Below are positions 59,090-64,000 of a stretch of DNA of 64,000 nt, piece by piece. The stretch is taken from contig JBLDXI010000011.1 of NCBI GenBank assembly GCA_047495785.1, positions 1,674,001 to 1,738,000 on the forward strand, written 5' to 3'. This stretch comes from Lepidodermella squamata (Eukaryota > Animalia > Gastrotricha). The position numbers and the translations under genes are program-made. The notes beneath the pieces were generated by a model. It searched no databases, had not been told where the DNA came from, and saw only the letters and a program-made list of their open reading frames with translations. How positions within the stretch are numbered: position 1 is the stretch's first letter; each line of letters begins with the position of its first letter.

Positions 59090-60589
59090 TTAGAGCTTCC
59101 CTTCGGGATTACTTGGAACCGGGTATTGAAGTTGTTGGGGAGAATAGGCTATGACATGGACTCCTTGTGGCAGAGTTGTCGGTTGAAGATGCTCGCCTAT
59201 CGAGCAAGTTGAGAAAAACACAGTCGAGGCTGCAGCTGCAAGACGTTCGTGCTCCTCGCTTGTAGTACAGGCGCAGCATGGGCCAGGAAAACGCCTCATG
59301 CCGAAATCAATGACCCAGAATAGAAACGACAGCGATATTACAATCGGTTCCACCAGTCTATCGGTCAAATGGCCAAATAACCAGCTGCATCCGATCATAA
59401 CGAGAAAGAAAATGGTTTCCACGATAAAAAATGCTAGAGAAGTCTGCGATTGACGGCTCGTTCGATAATGTTGAGTCCCAACAACCGTCATCAAAACAAC
59501 AAAAAAGTGCCAGATTAGAAACGGTGAAACTGAAATCAACATCCAAGACTGCCATACCGTATCTCCAGACCTTTTATACGATGGTGGATAGCCATCATTC
59601 AGAAGATAATCCAAAATAATGCTTCGATCTCGGTTGTATTCAACAGCGAAAAACTGCCAGTATACCATGAAAAGGATAGCGAAAAAGCTGAAGAAGACAT
59701 GAGCAAATTTCGTCCAGCCAGCATTCACTGTTCCACAACTTTTCGGGTAAACAGCCTTTTCGTCATTGAAGGGGGGTTGCGGCACTGGGCTTTGTTCGTA
59801 CTTCCAATTGTGATTGAGGATATCAATCAAATGAATGAGAAGCAGAACGCTCGAGAACGCAATTACGGCAATTTCCATGTTCCACATATTCAGCGCGTGA
59901 CTGTAGTCCCAACTATCAACTTGACTCTTTCTTCCAACCTCGTCACTGTCGACGAAAACGTAAATCACAATGATGAGGGATGAAATCTGAATCAAAGTGT
60001 CGACAATGTAAGATACGCGAATTTTGACCAATTGCGACGCGCTTTCGTATCGATCTTTCAGGGCTAGAGCGTAGACAAAGCAACCGTGGGCGAAACTCGC
60101 GAAAATCGGCCAAAACATCGGCGTAACCACGTCGTAGCAATCCGTAATGCATTTGTAGTAGATATCTGCATCTAACCGTGAAGTTGTCATTGAAAGATGG
60201 CTTCGCGGTGTTGTCGGTGCGTAGTTGTTGTCGCAGTTTTTTAAACAAGCTGAGTTGGTGAAGTAAGCTAACGCAACAGCGAGGATCATCGCGATATTGC
60301 CGATGATCAATAGGCAGTTTAAGACCTTTGTCGCTGTTGCAAGGCCTTGGCTCTTGAAAATTGGCGATCCGCGAATTCCTGGGAACTTCAGCAGTTCATT
60401 ACGCCTAGCTCCCCATGGCCCACTGCTGTCGAGATATGTCCCTCCGTAGGGTTGCACCAGGACAACTTGTTGGTACGGTTGGGCGACTACATATTGCTGG
60501 GGCGGCTGACCGGGTATGGCCGGAATTGGCTGTTGATTTTGAGGAGGAACAGCTAGCTCGTAAGCTGGCGGTTCTTTGATGGTAGCCAT
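59090..60589 (-). CDS. Uncharacterised ~8-TM membrane protein with N-terminal PPxY, 499 aa
   Basis: Single long ORF; PPAY and Pro/Gln-rich N-terminus; 4-Cys first loop; clear paralog of 61632-63170. Confidence 0.88.
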   Translation of the reverse strand: MATIKEPPAYELAVPPQNQQPIPAIPGQPPQQYVVAQPYQQVVLVQPYGGTYLDSSGPWGARRNELLKFPGIRGSPIFKSQGLATATKVLNCLLIIGNIAMILAVALAYFTNSACLKNCDNNYAPTTPRSHLSMTTSRLDADIYYKCITDCYDVVTPMFWPIFASFAHGCFVYALALKDRYESASQLVKIRVSYIVDTLIQISSLIIVIYVFVDSDEVGRKSQVDSWDYSHALNMWNMEIAVIAFSSVLLLIHLIDILNHNWKYEQSPVPQPPFNDEKAVYPKSCGTVNAGWTKFAHVFFSFFAILFMVYWQFFAVEYNRDRSIILDYLLNDGYPPSYKRSGDTVWQSWMLISVSPFLIWHFFVVLMTVVGTQHYRTSRQSQTSLAFFIVETIFFLVMIGCSWLFGHLTDRLVEPIVISLSFLFWVIDFGMRRFPGPCCACTTSEEHERLAAAASTVFFSTCSIGEHLQPTTLPQGVHVIAYSPQQLQYPVPSNPEGKL

Positions 60590-61631
60590 TTAGTTTAACC
60601 TAATAAAAAATGGACCTATTTTCCCGTGACTCGCTAGAAGCTTATATCATTAATCCGCTTATCGCTTGAAATTGCTCTTTCACACCGCGTTTTTTAGTCG
60701 CGCCGTTGTTTGGCTGATATGAGAAGCAAGATAAAAAATCAACCCGAACTCTTTCATTCATAAAATTAATCATACAATTGGTACATCATTTTGGCGGGCT
60801 TCTCAAACATCTATGTAGAGCTCATAACCTAGTTGACAGACCAGTAAGCCAAGCTTGTAGCAAGAGCAATTAATGAATCATGACATGATAAGATAATAAT
60901 AAGGTATTGCATAAGAAAATAAATCGCAAGTTGAAAGAGCGATAAAGTGATGGAATGCGAGATATGGATGCCGTCCAAATACACCGTGATACTTGCTTGC
61001 ATTTGCTCAAAACATATTCTTAGCGCATCCACTTTTTCGAATGCTATATCTTCGAAGATTTTGAAGATAAAGATACATTGGTTTCATATAGGTTAGTTAA
61101 AGCGGAAATTAGTCAGTGACGAATTGCCGCAGTAGATACCATTTTTAAATTCATTTATGCTCATTTTTTTGTTTTCTATTCAGTTGAATCTTCTCTTGCA
61201 GCTTTGATATTGTTAGCGAAGACTTTGATCAAGACTTTGATGGATGACTCATTCGATTATAGTTTCAGGAGACTAGCGTAATGGTGAAGTATATAGTATA
61301 TATTCGGCTTTTTTGAGAATTTAGCGTATCGAAATATGCATTTACGTTCAAAGCTCGAACGTACTATCCATGAAAAATCTCGATGCCCGATGATCGATGA
61401 TAGTTTTTTTATTCTGAGTTTTTTTCACTCTCGACAGTCGATAGCAAGCCAAGATGCCGAAAAATCTCCAAAGTCGTATGCTCCAACAATTTTAGCCCAG
61501 CCATTGGCAGCAACTTGAATTCGGTGCTGCAAAAATATCCGCCTCAGGAGCATCATCTCGGCAAGCGTTGAAAGTGATTAACGGTTGAATCGTGTAAATT
61601 TATCGCATTAGGTAAGGACAAATTAATATTT

Positions 61632-63170
61632 TCAAAAAGAAACATCAGCCGAAGACTTTGGTTCCAGATGACTAGGAGTTACCGGGTATTGAACAACGTG
61701 TTGGGAAGAATGACCAGTAGCATCGACCTCTTGCGGCGGAGCTGTCGGTTGAAATTCCTGAGGGTTATCGCCAGTTGAGTAAATCACCGTTGGGACTGCT
61801 GCGGCGAGACGTTCGTGATCATCGCTTGAATCACAGCGGCAGCGAGGACCTGGAAAACGCCTCATGCCGAAATCTACGACCCAGAATAGGAAGGAAAGCG
61901 TAATGACAATTGGCTCCACCCATCTATCAGCTGCACTCCCGAATAGCCAACTGACAATGAGCATAATGAAGAGCAGAAGACTTTCCACGATGAAGAAAGC
62001 CAATGAAGTCTGCGACTGGCAATTTGTTCGGTAATGCTGCGTCCCAATAACCGTCATCAAAACAACGAACAAGTGCCAGATGAGAAACGGCCCAACTGTC
62101 ATTAACATCAGAGAGTACCCCTGAGTATCAATAGACCTTCTATGGTAGCCATCAATGTACTTCAAAATCGTGTATTGATCTCGGCTGTACTGAAGAACGA
62201 AAAATTGCCAGTATACCATAAATAGGGCAACAAACAGGCTGAGGATAACATGGACGAATTTCGTCCAGCCTGCGCTGCAATTTTTCGCGTAGACGGCCAC
62301 ATCTTCGTTCACCGACGGTTCCGGTACTGGACTGGGATCGAGTTTCCATTTGTGATTGAGAATATCAATTAAATGAGTGATGAGTATCAGGATTGAAAAC
62401 ACTATTACGGAAATTTCTAGGTTCGCCAAAGAGATCGCGCCTTGGTAGTCGTATTTATCAAATAGGTACTTATAACTCATCCTTCCAACCTCGTCACTGT
62501 CCACGAAAAAGTAGATCATAATGACGAGGGATGAAATCTGAATCAGCGTGTCGACAACGTAAGATACACGAATTACGATTAGTTGCAAATTGGTCTCGTA
62601 GCGATCTCTCAAAGCTAGAGCGTAGACAAAGCAACCGTGGGCGAAACTCGCGAAAATCGGCCAAAACATCGGAGTAACCACGTCGTAGCAGTCCGTTATG
62701 CATTTGCAGTAGATATCAGCATCATAGTTCGAAGTTGTCATTGGAGGGCGGCTTTCTGGTGTAGTCGGTGCCAGGTACTTGTCGCAGTTTGTTATGCAGG
62801 CTGAATTGGCTAGATAGCCTAAAGCAACAGCTAAAATCAGCGCGATATTGACTACACTGAATAGGCAGTTGAAGACTTTCGTCGTTGTTGCTAGCCATTT
62901 TATTTTGAAAATGGGCGATCCGCGTATTCCGGGGAATTTCAGCAACTCTTTTCGCTTAGCTTCCCGTGAAATGTCGCGGTCGACGTATCTCCCTCCGCCG
63001 GGGGACACCAGGATTACTCGCTGGTAGGGCTGGGGGACGGCATATTGCTGGGGCGGATAAACAGGCTGGCCTATTACGATCGGATCCGGCTGCTGATACT
63101 GATTTTGATGAGGAGGAACAACTTGCTCGTAAGATGGTGGTTGGTCATTGATAGACGTTGGTTGAGCCAT
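61632..63170 (-). CDS. Uncharacterised ~8-TM membrane protein with N-terminal PPxY, 512 aa
   Basis: Single long ORF; PPSY; shares the block CITDCYDVVTPMFWPIFASFAHGCFVYALAL with 59090-60589. Confidence 0.88.
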   Translation of the reverse strand: MAQPTSINDQPPSYEQVVPPHQNQYQQPDPIVIGQPVYPPQQYAVPQPYQRVILVSPGGGRYVDRDISREAKRKELLKFPGIRGSPIFKIKWLATTTKVFNCLFSVVNIALILAVALGYLANSACITNCDKYLAPTTPESRPPMTTSNYDADIYCKCITDCYDVVTPMFWPIFASFAHGCFVYALALRDRYETNLQLIVIRVSYVVDTLIQISSLVIMIYFFVDSDEVGRMSYKYLFDKYDYQGAISLANLEISVIVFSILILITHLIDILNHKWKLDPSPVPEPSVNEDVAVYAKNCSAGWTKFVHVILSLFVALFMVYWQFFVLQYSRDQYTILKYIDGYHRRSIDTQGYSLMLMTVGPFLIWHLFVVLMTVIGTQHYRTNCQSQTSLAFFIVESLLLFIMLIVSWLFGSAADRWVEPIVITLSFLFWVVDFGMRRFPGPRCRCDSSDDHERLAAAVPTVIYSTGDNPQEFQPTAPPQEVDATGHSSQHVVQYPVTPSHLEPKSSADVSF

Positions 63171-64000
63171 CTGGTTCTTGGTTAAAATAAAAAGAGACCT
63201 CTTTCCGCTTCCTTTATTGGATGCTGATTATTCATCCGCTTATCGCGTATTTGATAGGGCTGTCTCGGTCTCACTCAATTCGTGCCTAGGTTTTTCGCTG
63301 ATATGAGACACGAGTAATGAGTTGGCGAGCGGGAGTTGATTATAACTCCATCGGTTCATTCGAGCGCTGTCATTCATAAAGTCAGTCAATTTTGATGCAG
63401 GAGTGATGGGAATAGGCTGAAATTGTAGGGAAACCTCGCGATTCTCATTTTCATTGCGTACCTCAGAATTAACGCAGCTGAGATACTCGCAGGAAATCGA
63501 CTTCAAAACGAATCATTTGTGAAAGGCGGCGCCCGTATGTTGCAATTGCCGCACGATTTAGCGGCGGGTAACTTGAAATTTGTTGGCGCATTTTTTGGTA
63601 ATTTTATAAGTACCACATTAAGTAACTCCGGCCATTATTGTTGAAGGCTAGGTGAATGAACTGTTCCGTAATGCGTTGACGACGTGAGAAGTGCCGCTCA
63701 GCTGAGGTCATGAATATCATCCAATAAATTGAAAATCCGGCTTTCGAACGATAATGAAGATAACCAAATTATATTAAATTATTCGTGGTTACTGATCCCG
63801 TTGACATTGTCCGATTTCTGGTACGATGCAGGGAAGCTACTGCATTGCACGTGTTATTAGTAGTTAAATCAGTAATATTCAATGCGTTGTATAGAACTTT
63901 CAATGCAAATCTTAAGGTTTTATGGTCATCAGGATAACAGCAAGCGTTTACAGTGATTTGGTACAAAGGTTTATACATAATAAAATAAGAATCTGGAAAT

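Noticed and set aside
60590-60610. Spliced-leader trans-splice acceptor just upstream of the ATG
   Set aside because: A T-rich AG is present but cannot be distinguished from a 5' UTR cis-intron without transcript data

Overview
Eukaryotic genomic DNA, most likely from an invertebrate animal. It has short GT-AG introns (about 50-80 nt), class C GPCR and C2H2 genes, and CR1-, MULE- and P-type transposons. Positions 1-40.7 kb hold a tandem array of five copies, plus traces of two more, of an uncharacterised 4-exon gene. Its product has a predicted mitochondrial presequence, one TM helix, a P-loop NTPase domain (GxxGxGKT, atypical Walker B VLVIDN) and a C-terminal helical domain. The copies fall into two splice types, differ mostly by amino-acid-changing substitutions and are mosaics of one another. 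They sit in a segmental duplication (about 1-11.5 kb versus 21.4-40.5 kb) filled with degenerate LINEs, a tRNA-derived SINE, a foldback element and deeply nested DNA transposons. Intron 3 of this gene is 55, 250, 2741 or 5513 nt depending on how many elements are nested in it. Positions 40.7-44.3 kb hold a P-superfamily transposase remnant and unresolved TE-like DNA. Positions 44.9-58.7 kb hold three divergent GABA-B-like class C GPCR paralogs: one intact, one disrupted by a MULE that is itself interrupted by a CR1-like LINE, and one internally collapsed. A zinc-finger gene lies among them. Positions 59-63.2 kb hold two single-exon paralogs encoding PPxY-bearing membrane proteins built from a duplicated 4-TM unit. 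All gene models were spliced by eye and no database searches were run.
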